Source of the DNA: Octopus sinensis
Lineage: Eukaryota
NCBI RefSeq assembly: GCF_006345805.1
Contig: NC_043019.1
Coordinates: forward strand, 16,119,360-16,183,359
Length of the DNA: 64,000 bases
Reading direction: 5' to 3'
Below, piece after piece: positions 33,241 to 49,312 of the stretch. The notes beneath the pieces are model-generated. The model made no database searches, was not told where the DNA came from, and saw only the letters and a list, made by a program, of their open reading frames with translations. The first letter of the stretch is position 1, and every line of letters begins with the position of its first letter. Position numbers and translations under genes: made by a program.

Positions 33241-33287
33241 ACTATTATATCATTGTCGTGGTTGTTGTTGTTGTTGTTGTTATTATA

Positions 33288-33509
33288 AAGATGGTGAGCT
33301 AGCAGAGTCGTTAGCTTGTCAGGTAAGATGCTTAGCGGTATTTCACCTGTCGCTGCGTTCTGAGTTCAAATTTCCGTCGAGGTCGAATTTACCTTTCATC
33401 CTTTCGGGGTCAATAAACGGAAGTACCAGTCGAGAACTGAGGTAGATGTAAACGACTTATCACCACCCCCGAAACTGCCGGCCTTGTGCCAAAATTCGAA
33501 ACCATTATT

Positions 33510-33510
<1 letters not shown>
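33288..33510 (+). mobile_element. SINE family B, alternative-tail subfamily (ggccttgtgccaaaattcgaaacc)
   Basis: Same head and core as the 9649 copy but a different 3' tail followed by (ATT)n. Confidence 0.85.
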
Positions 33511-33578
<68 letters not shown>

Positions 33579-33779
33579 CAACCGACCAATAAAAATGGAG
33601 ACTCTGCAATATGTGCACCTGAAGACATTTAAAGTTCAAGACATTTTCTGTACGGCTCACGTTAACTGGGCTACGGCACTTACACAACCATCTCCCTACA
33701 CACACACATGCACGCGCATATATATTCATTATACATACATACATGTGTGTGTGTGTATATATATATATACATACATACA

Positions 33780-33815
<36 letters not shown>

Positions 33816-34456
33816 GATAGATAGCTATACATATACGTATTTATGCATATACATACATTCATACATACATACATACATACATATATATGTATGTATGTAT
33901 GTATATTCATGCTTATATGAATGCATATAAGCAAACAAATTGAGGAGACGGCAGACAAACAGACAGACATAAGAATATTTCTGTGTTACAGTCCTCTTAA
34001 CATTACTGTGTTCATTCACATGTGCACAAATATATATATGTGTATATATGCAATTGTGCATGCATACACGTGTACATACATATGAGCATACATGCATACA
34101 TACATGCAGACATACACACTTTGTTTACATATAAATACATACATGCCCCCACATATATATAAACATATATATATTCATATATGTGTGTGTGTATATATAT
34201 ATATATATACAAACACACACACATGCACATATCTACACACCCACACGCACGTATCCAGAAACATACTTATGCAGTTGAGTGTGTTTAAATCAGATTGTAT
34301 TCAAGCGGGTGTATATATATATATATTCTGTACATAAACGTTCATAACATACATTGGAGCGAGTGCGTGTATGCCTTTACATAAATGTCAGGTCTCTTGA
34401 CTATCCTGTTAGAAGTTGTAGAAGAAAAAGGGAGAAGGAGGAGGTGGAAGAGTGGA

Positions 34457-34491
<35 letters not shown>

Positions 34492-35295
34492 AGAAAGTGG
34501 ATAAGGAGTAAGATTTAAATGAAATCAACAACATGAAAAACATGGATCGCTCAAAATACAAGTAAACAAATGCACAATGCTTCACCACAACCATCACCTT
34601 AACAACCTCCATCACTACCAACATCACCACCACCACAATAACAGCAATAACCAATGTCAATAACAACAACAACATAATAATAATAATATAAAAATGATGA
34701 TGATTATAATCTTTTCCACTACAGGCACAAGGTTGGAAATGTGGAGTCGGGTGGGGACCAGTCCATTATATTGATCCAGAACTGGTACTTAATTTATCGA
34801 CCCTGAAAGGATGAAAGGCAAAGTCGACCTCGGCAGAAATTTGAACTCAGAACGTAGCGGCAGACAAAATACCGCCAAGTATTTCCCCCGACGCGTTAAC
34901 GTTTCTGCCAGCTCGCCACTTTGCAGTGTAATTTATATTTGCAATACTCGCAAATTTAGCCTAAATTTTTGTTCCACTTATGCAGAAATAACACTAAATT
35001 GAATTGAAGTCTTTCGGATTCGTATAATACTTTATACGATGTGTATTTTGCATTGTAAGTAATTCAGTTTCTCAAGAGAAACCACAAAGCAATGACAGGC
35101 CATAAAACAGACCAAATTCTGGTTGCTGATGGAATCAAATTGATCTCAAACTTTCATGATTTTCAATCGAGGAAATCCAATCACTCAAGGCTTCTGGTAG
35201 AGAATATATACTTAGTTTTACAGGATCTCAATATAATAACAAAGTGATAATGAAATTTAATATAACCCCCCCCCCCAAAAAAAAATACAAATATA

Positions 35296-35327
<32 letters not shown>

Positions 35328-38075
35328 ACTTTTCTATATACGATTGCCAAGCATTCGTCTCTCGTTTTCTCTCTTGTTCTCTGTGTGCGTGCATGAATAC
35401 ATACATACATGCATACACACACACATTCATACATATATCATATATATATATATATATATATGTACGAAGGGCTTTTTTTCAGTTTCCGTCTACCAAATCC
35501 ACTCACAAGGCTTTGGTTGGCCTGAGGCTATAGTAGAAGACACTAGCCTAAGGAGCCACACAGTGGGACTGAACCCAGAACCATGTGGTTGGGAAGTAAG
35601 CTTCCTACCGCACAGCCACGCTTTGTTTTTACCCGTGGAACTCAAAATAGATAAAGCTTTATCCACCATTAAAAACGATTTATTTCTCAAAAGCTTTAAA
35701 TTATTTTGACATATACAATAGCTAGCTAGCTAGATAGATAGATATTTGAAACGTTAAAAATCCTGTTGGTGATAAGGGAAGAAGCCACTATCGAATAGAT
35801 AGTGACCATTGACGAAACGTGAAGAAAGGGCGGTTACAATGTAAGCAGGTCTGTTAAAAAGCAAGATAAAACAACACACGCTCATACACAGGAATTTAAA
35901 GTTAGCGTTCATTATTTGCAATCATTAATAAAGGTGGAAGTGTGAGGAATTATTAGATGAAGTAAGATTATGATATTTTATATGAATAGAACAAAAGAAA
36001 GGTTAATACATAAACACGTTCTCGGATACATCCTATCTTCCAGTTATGTCAGCCTTTGATATCAATATGGAAAGATAATTGGCTGGTAAAACCTATGCGA
36101 TTTACATTGTGTATGCTTGCATGTTGGAATCTTCGCTAAAAGGTAGTTGAATTAAGGGGTCTTTGTAAAAAGAATATTGAAGCCCTCCGTGGTACAAAGT
36201 TTACAAATTATATCCATAAACATTGTAACCAACGCAGGTATATTCATAGACATTTAGACCTATTATATCCAGACATTGTAACCAATGCAGGCATAATATC
36301 AGGGCTTGTGTTGCGAACATCTCACTTAGATTTCCTCAACAATCAATAAGCAGATTTTTCGCAATACTCCTTAATGTCACAATAAAACAATTGACAAGAT
36401 TAAACCTATTCTACGACATCTATCGTCTGCACCAATAAAAACAAGAATAAGTAAAGAAGCATTTTGGTACATCCCTTATTTAATATTGCAGTTGCTACAC
36501 CATTAGCTTAAATTTCCTTTAGCTTTATTAAGAAATATTTCCACTTACATCAGACATACCAGCAAATATCTAATAAACATACCATCAAACTTTCAAATTC
36601 TACTAACCAAATCTTTGATAGTGGCTTAGCAGGTTATAGCATTTATGAACTTAATAAAAATTACTAATCCGTTAACCAAGAAAGCACCAACTTATCCAAC
36701 AGCCCTGTTTCCAGTAACTGCTCTCTATATTTTAGGTACATATATATTGTAAATTAGTTTTCGATTACTACTAAAGACAATGCAAAAGCTTGTGTCGGTA
36801 TGACTGCGAACTTGTTTAAATCGAGATTTTATTCGTACACACATTCCTTTACAAACCCCGACAGATGCAAAGAAATTTCTTTGGTTTACACATCTGATTG
36901 TTTAAGGATAACTTCATACCATGCCATTTTAAACGAAGAGTACTTTCCTTAGGATGAAACACGCAAGGAAAATAATAACCCCTGTGATCGTTCTACCCTG
37001 GAGAGTTACCATATTGTGTTTGCAAGACACCTTTATGCAAGCAATTTGGAGACGATTCTGAGTAGTAAAATCTAGAATAGTAGAAGAGACCAGGTCCTTT
37101 CGCAGGGTGTAAAACGTACATCTCTCGCATTCTGGAAAGGACACATTATCTTTTACATCACCGAGTACTTTCCGTCTCCTCCTGTCAAAATAATACCATA
37201 TAAATGTTTTATTCTCAACACTAACAGTTTTTTGCTCACCATATATCGCATAAGACTCACAGATAATTTTGAAATAACCTAATTAAGCAGGAGTAGTCTT
37301 TGGCGCATTTGGCACCTCAATCAACCGAAAAGCATTAGATACAAGATTCAACTGCCGTGCTCCTGTTGTATTTCTATTTCAGATTAGTTCTTGTAAATGA
37401 TATTTTATACAAAAAATATCAATTACTTAAAGCCTTAAATCTTACCTGTTAATTCATAATTACGCACACACGGACATACAGACTCACATACGCACACACA
37501 CACACACACACACACAAAGAAATGCGAGTGCATTTGGGTGTACAAGCAGTAAGAATAACGAGCTCGATGTACGTAATAGAGTTTATTAGAAAAGTTATAA
37601 TATAATTACCATAATTAAGCCTCCTATCTTTATAAGCACAGCGCATGCGTGTATATAAATATCTGTGGGAGTGAAAGAGGGTGAATATTTGTATAGATAA
37701 CACATGGATGGGTGCATATATTTCAGGCCCTGATTATGTATGTGTATTTCTGTGTGTGTATGTGTGTGTGTGTGTGTGTGTGTATATGTATGTATATATT
37801 TATATATGTATATACATATATATATATATAATATACACACATATATACATACGTAGAAATATGTATGTTTATATATATATATATATATAAGAAAATAGTA
37901 AAGAGTGAAAAAACGACAGAAGGCTTAAATGTTAAAAAATATATATATTTGTGTCAAAATGTCTGGAGAATATTGGAAAAATTTTTTTCCTCCTTAAAAT
38001 GACATAATTTTATAATTTTTAAAGAAATACCGGTTTCGCAGTTAGCTCTTCAAATTTCTTGTGACTTAATGTTTA

Positions 38076-38460
38076 TCTCTCTCTTTATATAAACGGCAGT
38101 TTGTCTGTGCGTGTTTCTGTGTGTCTGTTTTCTTGTACCCTCACCCTGACCACGGCTTTCAACCGATTCTGATGAAACTTGACACACACATAGCCCAATG
38201 TCATAATTCAAAACTAACGCAGCGAAAATTTTGAAAAGTTCCCCCAGTTCTGAAAAAAATCGATAAATTCGACATGGGGTCGAGAATCAGAAACACAAAC
38301 CGCAAACTGTCTAGGGGACGCAACTCCACCTTTTTTTAACTAAAAAAATAATTTACCATCATTTTTTTCCATCTTTTTGCTTTTTTGGGCTATAACTCTC
38401 TAAAAATGCTTTATAGTTATTTCCCTTACAAACCTGAGCAACGCCGGGCGATACTGCTAG
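38076..38460 (+). mobile_element. Non-autonomous Helitron, 385 bp
   Basis: A|TC...TTTATATAAACGGC 5' end; 3' hairpin cctgagcaacgccggg then CTAG|T; inserted in an AT dinucleotide. Confidence 0.85.
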
Positions 38461-38546
38461 TTTTTAATAACTGTTTGGTAAAGCACGTGGGTGAATATAT
38501 AAGAAAATAGTAAAGAGTGAAATGTTTGGTAAAGCAAACTTTCTTA

Positions 38547-38581
<35 letters not shown>

Positions 38582-39063
38582 ATATTTCGGAATGGTCATA
38601 TTGCCAGTTTAGCCAATAAAAAACACACGCACTATATATTGGTGTTATTTTGCTTCAGTGATATTTATTTTTTACATTAATCTTAATCTTATTTCGGCCA
38701 AAGTTCTTTCGTCACACTCCTGTGACCGCATCAGTGGTCCTTTGTTTTCTTCTCACTTACTTGTGTCTCTCCTTACTAACCGTCAGCCATTTTGTATTTC
38801 TATTGTATGTCTTCATTTGCGCATGCTTATATCTCTATGTGCGTCTATGTTTATTTAGTGTGTGTGTGGGGGGGGGATGCCTGTAATATTTGTATCTTCT
38901 GGTTATATACATTCTTGTAATTTGTATTTTGTTTTTGTTGTTGTTGCTTTTGTTCTAATTTTGTTCATGTGTTTACATCCACCCATTATTATCATTACAT
39001 ATGCTTGTATGTATGTATAAGAACAATATTAGTAATAATAATAATAAATCTAATCGAAAAAAA

Positions 39064-40154
39064 GAGAGTACTGTTGATATAGTAATAGAAACTAATACTA
39101 TGGAGAGCATCCAGCAAATAGCTAACTCCATCCACCAGAGTATTAAGGTCACAATAGACTACCCCACTAAACACCCCAACCATAGACTACCAGTACTAGA
39201 CACTGAACTCTGGCTAGAAATTGTGAAAAATAAACCCAAATCCTTCATTCATACTATGCAAAACCTATGGCCTCAAAATACCTGATCCACCGGAACTCAG
39301 CCATTGCGGGCAATGCCAAATTCAATATTTTGATGGCAGACCTCGTCAGAATAATGAGAAATGTGTCACGCATGTGCGAGCCTACAGAATTAAGAGACAC
39401 ATACAGTATTTCATTCACCGCATGCAGTTCTCAGGTTACAGCCATAAAGAAAGGATCAGAGTATACAAAGGAGCCATGAAGAAATTTGATAATATAATAT
39501 GTAATGATAGGAATGGGATTTGCCCACTCTATAGGAACAAGTCAGGAACACTATAGAAAGGACAAAAAAGAAAATAGGGAAGGCCAACTCTTGGTATGAT
39601 AGCCATAAATACCAGAGTGTCATGTTCGTTGACACCACCCCTGGAGGTGAACTAGCGTACCGCTTTAGAAGGACCCTAGATAAACTTAAACTAAGAATTA
39701 AGGTTGTTGAAAAGCCAGGCAACCCTATCAGATCTATAATTGGTAGAAGCTATCCTTTTAGTAGAACTCTCTGTACGGATAACTATTGCACTGTATGTAG
39801 ATTTAGCCCACAAACGAACTGTAAAGCCAGAAATGTGGTCTATAGTATAAGATGTATAGAGGAACGATGCAGTAACAAGACAGTACATACGTAGGGGAAA
39901 CTGCAAGAAGCATTGGTGAGCGGGTGAATGAACATTGGAGACAACTCAAGGAAGGTAAAAGCTCATCGATTCTGTACCAACACGCCGAACAAGAACACGG
40001 GGGATCAATCAATAACATAGAGATTAAGATATTGTCCACACATAGAACAGATGCAACAATTAGACAAATTACAGAAGCTACACATATAATAGAAAATAAA
40101 CCTAGCCTGAATAGAAAACTAGAATGGAGCAATAGCGCACACCACAACATATGA
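39064..40154 (+). pseudogene. PLE polyprotein relic: RT C-terminus, Cys-rich linker, GIY-YIG endonuclease (frameshifted)
   Basis: LPVLDTELW; CTDNYCTVC..NCKARNVVYSIRC..YVGETARSIGERVNEH..HAEQEH..RQITEA..I..NKPSLN. Confidence 0.9.
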
Positions 40155-40661
40155 CAATAGTGGATCCTGCAAACATAATAAATACACAGGTATTAAAGAA
40201 ATAGAAATGAATATCTATATATGTATATGTGTATATATATGTATATGTATATGTGTATATATGTGTGTATATATGTATATATATATATATGTATATGTAT
40301 GTATATATATATGTATATGTATATTCTTTTTTTTTTTTTTTTTTTTCGATTAGATTTATTATTATTATTACTAATATTGTCTTATACATACATACAAGCA
40401 TATGTAATGATAATAATGGGTGGATGTAAACACATGAACAAAATTAGAACAAAAGCAACAACAACAAAAACAAAATACAAATTACAAGAATGTATATAAC
40501 CAGAAGATACAAATATTACAGGCATCCCCCCCCCACACACACACTAAATAAACATAGACGCACATAGAGATATAAGCATGCGCAAATGAAGACATACAAT
40601 AGAAATACAAAATGGCTGACGGTTAGTAAGGAGAGACACAAGTAAGTGAGAAGAAAACAAA

Positions 40662-40705
40662 GGACCACTGATGCGGTCACAGGATGTGACGAAAGAACTT
40701 TGGCC
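40662..40705 (+). ncRNA. Putative variant hammerhead in the PLE pLTR (mirror copy 38696..38740, minus)
   Basis: GGACCA-CUGAUGC-G-GUCAC-aggau-GUGAC-GAA-AGAACU-U-UGGCC; A9 is replaced by C. Confidence 0.5.
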
Positions 40706-40877
40706 GAAATAAGATTAAGATTAATGTAAAAAATAAATATCACTGAAGCAAAATACACCAATATATAGTGCGTGTGTTTTTATTGGCTAAACTGGCAATA
40801 TGACCATTCCGAAATATAAAATATCTGTTTCAACACACGACTTCACATAAAAAATCTTGCACAACAAATATTTAAAC

Positions 40878-40916
<39 letters not shown>

Positions 40917-41261
40917 TTGTCCATAGTCGAAAGACACCTGTTGTTATGTCCTGTTATTTGCATTTGTGTAACATTCTCCGTTTTTTTCGTTCTTGTTTTT
41001 TTTATACATTCGCTACTTTCATCCAAGGAATCTAAAGCTCTTTGCTTAGTTTTTCCTTGGGGCTGGCCAGATAGGAGCAATCTCGAGTATAACCAGCCGA
41101 AATTGCAAAGATAATCTGGAACTCGACTGAGGAAAGAAAACTCCGGATGACCGGTCCTTGTTTTCTTTGTATCGTCTATCTGGATGTTTTGTTGTCCCTT
41201 TTTTGTATCACCTTACTGCCTGGATGTTTTGCGTTCATGTCCCATTTTGTATCTTATACAC

Positions 41262-41309
<48 letters not shown>

Positions 41310-41739
41310 GTATGTATGTATGTATGTATGTATGTATGTATGTATGTAGTAGTATGGAGCATAGTTAAGTTCATTGACCGCTGTAGTATTCGAGTGCACC
41401 TGCGTATGTGGTGTATGTAAGTATATGAATTGTAAGTAAATAATATATAGACAGCTGAGAACGTAGAGAATTATATACCTCATTCTGTGAGCACATGAAA
41501 GTGTGTATAATTATTACATATATGTATATGTACGTATATATATGTGTATGCACGAGCGCGCGCGTACGCACGCACATACATGCAAGCATGCACACACGCA
41601 TAAATGTGTCTGTATGAGGGTGAGAGGGGGACAGAATGTGTGTGCGTGCCTGACGCTTTACTCTGTGCGGGTCTTCCGGACTTTTTCTGTATTTGTGTTT
41701 GTGTGTATGTGTATGTGTGTGTGTGTATGTATGCATGTC

Positions 41740-43320
<1,581 letters not shown>

Positions 43321-43390
43321 CTGTTTTGAATTTTCAATGTATCACCCAATCTGTCTTTTTATCCATCTAACAATCTATCTGCTTGCCTAA

Positions 43391-43424
<34 letters not shown>

Positions 43425-43449
43425 TCTCTCTTATATGCGCGCACGCACA

Positions 43450-43488
<39 letters not shown>

Positions 43489-43956
43489 AATATTCTTTTC
43501 TACTCTAGGCACAAGGCCCGATATTTTTGGGGGGAGGGGACCAGTCGATTAGATTGACCTCAGTACGCAACTGGTACTTAATTTATCGACCCCGAAAGGA
43601 TGAAAGGCAAAGTCGACCTCGGCGGAATTTGAACCCACAACGTTCACACGGTTACTTATTTCATAGACCTCGAAGGGATAAACGGGAAAGAAAATACAAA
43701 CAAACAAACAAACCAAACTCAGAACGTAAAGAGCCGAAAGAAACGCCGTCAAACATTTTGTTCGAAGGCGTTAACGATTCTGCCATCTCCTTCATTTTGT
43801 TTGCATAAAGCTAACTATTATACTGTTTGAGGTTGCATCTGCCTTTCTGAAATATTATTGCCTTTCGTTGTGGTGTACATATATCAATCAATAAGCGTTA
43901 AAGGTGGCCAGGTCGGCCTTGCATTTCATCCTTTCAGAGTCGATAAAATAAATACC

Positions 43957-44192
43957 TATTTCTTTATTACCCACAAGGGGCTAAACACAGAGGGGACAAA
44001 CAAGGACAGACATAGGTATTAAGTCGATTAGATCGACCCCAGTGCGTAACTGGTACTTAATTTATCGACCCCGAAAGGATGAAAGGCAAAGTCGACCTCG
44101 GCGGAATTTGAACTCAGAACGTAGCGGCAGACGAAATACTGCAAAGCATTGCCGCCCTACATGCTATCGTTTCTGCCAGCTCGTCGCCTTAT
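43957..44192 (-). mobile_element. SINE family B (Tx1-tailed) nested in another family B copy, within a family B cluster 43500-44460
   Basis: 15-bp TSD gataaaataaatacc (43942-43956, 44193-44207). Confidence 0.9.
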
Positions 44193-44501
44193 GATAAAAT
44201 AAATACCAGTTGAGTACTGGGGGATCAAATTGCTGGTCTCGTGCCCAAATTTAAAACCAACAATAATAAGCGATAAAGGTGCGAGCTGGCAGAATCGTTA
44301 CCACGCTGGACAGAATGCTTAGCGGCATTTGATCCGGCTCTTTACGTTCTGAGTTCAAATTCCGCCGAGGTCGACTTTGCCTTTCATTCTTTTAGAGTCT
44401 ATAAAATAAGTACCAGTTTGACACTGGGGTCAATGTAATCAACTTACCTCTCCTCCAGCTTTAAAAACACAATAATAAGTGATAAAGACATAAGCTGGGT
44501 C

Positions 44502-44601
44502 NNNNNNNNNNNNNNNNNNNNNNNNNNNNNNNNNNNNNNNNNNNNNNNNNNNNNNNNNNNNNNNNNNNNNNNNNNNNNNNNNNNNNNNNNNNNNNNNNNN
44601 N
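44502..44601. other. Assembly gap (100 N)
   Basis: Run of N. Confidence 1.
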
Positions 44602-45250
44602 GAATTTATGTGTAATAAACTTCTACAAACACAAAATACTTAAACAGTTTTTTCCCCCATCCTTTCGGGGTCGGTAAAATAAATAGCAGTTGGGCACTGG
44701 GGTTGATGTAAGACGCCCAGCTCCTCTAAAATTACTCCCGTTCTGTCAAAATTAAAAACAATTGTATCCAAACGATAGTTTCGTAATTTGGTGATCGAAA
44801 GTTCGAAATGATAATGAAGATAAAAACTAGAAAAGTAATCGACTGCTTAATTGGTCGTTCGATCCGACAATCAGTGAATTGGTTTGTCAGACTTGCTTGG
44901 AGACAACTGAAAGGACATACCTGGGGTACCGAGGTTACGTCATTGATAAGTGGGGTACCGAGGGCACGTCTCAAAGGACAGAGAGAAAAAGACTCGGACA
45001 AACTGATCGATTGAGTGGTTGATTGACTGGTTAATCAATCAACCGGCCACTTAACTGGTTCGATGGTTAATTAGTTTAACCAGTTTTAATTAAGAGAAAT
45101 GAAATAGAATCAACCCGTATGCTTTTTGTGGGCAAAATGGTTCTTCCGGCAAACGGCATCTGTTTCAACACCTTACATCAAGACTCGAAAAGAAATACAA
45201 AAATCATGTGTGTGTGCGTGTGTATAGATAAATGGATAGATAGATGAATA

Positions 45251-45283
<33 letters not shown>

Positions 45284-45969
45284 CACGCATAAACATATAT
45301 ATGCATACATACATACATATATAAATATATAATATTATATATATATATATATTATATATATATATATAATATATATATATAAATATATAACATATATATA
45401 TATATATACATACACACACACATATATATAGAGAGACGTTGTATTTGAAAGCTTTTGAACTATCAAGATAAAATAATGTTACGTAACAAACCAAATTGAA
45501 CTCTGCTCATCATCATCAGCAGCAGCATCAACACACACACACACACACCGCACACGCACACACACACACACACGTGTCTCTGTACAAACATTCCGTGCCG
45601 TTCCGTGCTGTTTCGGCCTACTTAGAATAGATCGCGTTATTTACTTAATCACCTCGGCAACTACTAAAACAACCCGCTCTACCACCACCACCACCACCAC
45701 CACCACCACTGCCTCCGTCATCACCGTCTCCACCACGGTTCCTACCCCCACCCCCAATGCTACCTCTTCTTCTACCACTCTCCCCACCATCTCCATCGCT
45801 ATCATCACTATCACCCCCACCCAAACTAAATGGCCCCTGCCTCTATCACTACCACCACCATCATCCCCACCATGACATCAGGTGAACGAAGGACCTTCAT
45901 ATGGCGGTCGGGTGGGAGCTCGCTCGATCTGCTCTAAAATCAGCCACCCACCTTATGCCCCCCCCCCCA

Positions 45970-46900
45970 TCCTCTTCATTAGGAGCGTAACACAATGTTA
46001 GTGGCCATCTCTAACCACCAGAGGGCGGTAAAATCGACATTGTTAAACTTTTCTTCTTCTCTATTGACCTGTTGAACAGTTGCAAGTGGTCGGCTGCAAG
46101 AAAGACGTGTGCAGGGAGACAAGATGGCCGATGCTGTATGGAGAAAGACTTTAATGGAATGCTCGGGATAGGCCGCACAAACGGGAGAGAAACCTTCATG
46201 GGGAATGTGAGGAGGGAATCGAATGACCAGCTGAGTGGAGTTTGCTTGCTCATTTTGGACAGTGCCAGGGTCGTTGAAGAAAAGATATATATGTAGAATT
46301 TTAGAACGGGGTCTTCTTTCTTTCGTCATCCTTTGACCATCCATTCACCCTTCAGATTTTTGTGAGGTATTGCAGAGTTTTATTCTGCCACTTATCGCAA
46401 TAACCTGTAGCGTTAGAATTATTGAGCTGTGTTTTCTTTTCTTCTTTGAGTTCAGCTCTACTTTGATTGACGAAGGTTGTTCCATATCCTACAGCTTCAG
46501 TAACAACCGGTACGAAGCCTAACGTGTGCTTAAGGTACGGATTATATGGACTCGTCATCAATAATCCAAAGAAATCGCTTTCCTTCTCTATCAATATTCA
46601 AAGGAACAGCTCTCCTCCGCAACGAAACAGGTTTAATTTCCATCATTATTGATTCCATCTATCGATCTCAATACGTTTATTTTTGTTGTTATTTTGTTAC
46701 TTATCCTTCCCTAGTCTATTCCAGATTGTTCTGGTTACCACGTCATCTCTTACGTGAGGGTAAACATCCAGACTACATTTTGGGTCAGATGACACCTTCT
46801 GTCTTTTGCATACAAGTTACGTGGTGAGTTTTTTTCCCTCCAAGAATGCATGGAGGCACCCTGCAACATTTAGATCTCTTTATTCCAAGCTCGCCTTTTA
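45970..46900 (+). mobile_element. Highly degenerate CR1/L2-group LINE ORF2 C-terminal relic
   Basis: NVCLRY..NPKKSLSFSINIQRN, HPDYIL and TSYVVSFFPSKNAWRHP resemble RPCLEY..SL..LD.IQRRA..HP..SFFP....WNSLP. Confidence 0.5.
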
Positions 46901-47856
46901 CCGGGGTTTATTCTCTCTATGGCTTCTTCCTGCCTCAACCCATACAAGTCTCCTACAACGCTTGAAACTCTTTTCCCCAAGCCTGCTGCTCGATTATTGC
47001 CTCCATAATCCATACTTATTGTTTCAATTATCCATGTTCATACAACCTTCTCAGCAAACTTGTCTATTGTTGTTGTAATCTTAAGTAGGATTTTCCAATG
47101 TTCCTTTCAATTAGATCTCTATCAGATTATATTTCACATCTCTCTTCCCCCCCCCCAATTCATTAATTAACCTAATGAGGGTTTTATTTTACTTCGAGCA
47201 GACCTGAGCGAGGGAGTCGCTCGGTTGGCTTTTTTCTTATTTTTTATTTTTCTCTGCTGGGAAACGCTGCTTTGCTTTTACAATCCACGCTTAATGGGAT
47301 TATTAATATGAATATGTATATGTGTGCGTGCATGTATCCTTGTATGTATATGTTTGTGCGTGTATATATATATATATATATATATACGTGTGTGTGTGTG
47401 TGTGTAAGTATACTTCAATACATATCTATATGCACACTCACACACACTTAGGTAATTACGTCATACCTGTCCCTCTTCATCTCTCCATCCTACCCTTTAC
47501 CCTCTTCCCTCCATATAACCATCTTTCTCTTCTTCTTTCTCTCCCATTGCGCTATATTTACCCACTTTCTTTCCTTCCCCCTACTTCCCCCTCTCTCTCT
47601 CTTTCTCTTCTCCAGAAGGCTTCCTTAGATCTCCTTCTCTCTTTCCTTTCGCACATCAATGTATTTGTTGTTATTACTAACTACTCCCCCCACACACACG
47701 CCTCTCCGCCTCCACCTCTCCGTCCCTCACACACAGGCGTCATCCCAGGCCAACATAAACAACCTCATTCCACACTTGCACTCACTCTACAAACAGACAG
47801 ACCCAGAACACACATCCTCCAATGGGAGGGGGGTCACCTCTACCTAACCTACTTCA

Positions 47857-47905
<49 letters not shown>

Positions 47906-48289
47906 CCTGTGCCATCCTTCCCTACTCATTAGCAACATACAATTAAAACCCCGAATATACAAACCTCGGTTGATCTTCCGTGGCTCTCATCGCTTATATA
48001 ACATACCAAGCACCTGGACCGAGTCTTTTCTGGTTTCATAACTTAAGACTCAGATTTAGGTCTTTTCATGACTCCACCCGCTAGGACTTCTCATAAGGCT
48101 GGACCTTAACCCACGGCTTATAAATGACTGAGCTTGTAACCCCACCGGCGCCAGTCCCAGGTGGATCTCGTTCACGGCTGAGTGCATTTGAATTAATGAG
48201 AAATGAAGTGTTTTGCTCAAGAAAGCAACGTACCGCCCACTCAGGGAATGGAAACCTCGATCTTATAATCATGAGAATAATACATTAAA

Positions 48290-48780
48290 CACTTGGTTCC
48301 GTGGCTTGGCCACGGCTCAGTAGGACTCAAAAGAAATACAGCCATAAGAATTCATTCATCCAGAGAAGGGCAATTCGAGTGTGGACGAGAGGCTGGACAT
48401 CCTTCAGCTTCAGATCCACGCTTCTCTCATTATCTTTTCCATCACTTCTATAACGGCCATATATTCTTGGGGCTGGCTGGTCCTCTACCTTCTCTTCTCA
48501 GACATACTCATTCATCTCTTCACCTCCCGTCGCTTTTGTTCTTTCCGATCTCCTTCCAACTCGATATTAACCCATTCCTTTCTTCTCCGGGACATCATCC
48601 CACTGGAATCTGCTCTTGCTGATGTCTTTCCTGCTGGTATTGACTTGTAACTATTTAGAAGACGGCACATTAACAACATCGACCCATTTGAGGGTCATCA
48701 AGGATATGGGCTAAGACCATTTCTTCAGGCACAACAAGTGAAAATATCAAGAAATAAATAAAACTTCAGTGACCAATTCC
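48290..48780 (+). mobile_element. CR1/L2-group LINE 3' relic
   Basis: AIRI..LFHHFYNGH..LAGPLPSLLRHTHSS and LADVFPAGIDL.LFRRRHIN match the typical ORF2 end. Confidence 0.6.
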
Positions 48781-48881
48781 TTTTAAGGAAATTACCACAA
48801 AAGGTCACATGACCTATGACCGCCTTCTTCAGAAACTTCACCTCCGTTTAAAATTTCGGTCACCAGCTAAGAACATAAATG

Positions 48882-48969
<88 letters not shown>

Positions 48970-48984
48970 ATGTATGTATGTATA

Positions 48985-49312
48985 TGTAAAGGGCAAAGAC
49001 CCCTTTCGGTCGTGAATGACCATGGGATTGCACCCTTCCGAAGCACAAGCCGGAGCAAAGTTGTTTATAGAAGACCAGGGGTCACCCATGCATACCAGCC
49101 TCTTCTCTCCACGCCATTAATGTTATCCAAGGGAAAGGCAAAGGTCGATACAGCAGTGACGTCACCACAACTCATTTCTACAGCTGAACGAGCCAGGGCG
49201 ACGTGAAATAAAGTGTCTTGCTCAAGAACACAACACACAGCCCGGTCCAGGAATTGAACTCACCACCTTTTGAATGTTAGCCAGACGCTCAATCCTGTGA
49301 GCCATGTGCCTT
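48985..49312 (-). mobile_element. tRNA-derived SINE, family D
   Basis: Minus head GAAGGCACATGGCTC..GAGTTCAATTCCTGG..TGTGTTCTTGAGCAAGACACTT. Confidence 0.7.

Larger units (their letters stand above)
38575..40824 (+). mobile_element. Penelope-like element: 5'-truncated ORF flanked by ~490-bp inverted pLTRs
   Basis: 38575-39063 is the reverse complement of 40327-40824; the ORF relic lies between them. Confidence 0.9.

Noticed and set aside
40940-41250. Possible further pLTR with a hammerhead near 41070-41140
   Set aside because: I could not assemble a core with paired stems; too degenerate to call.
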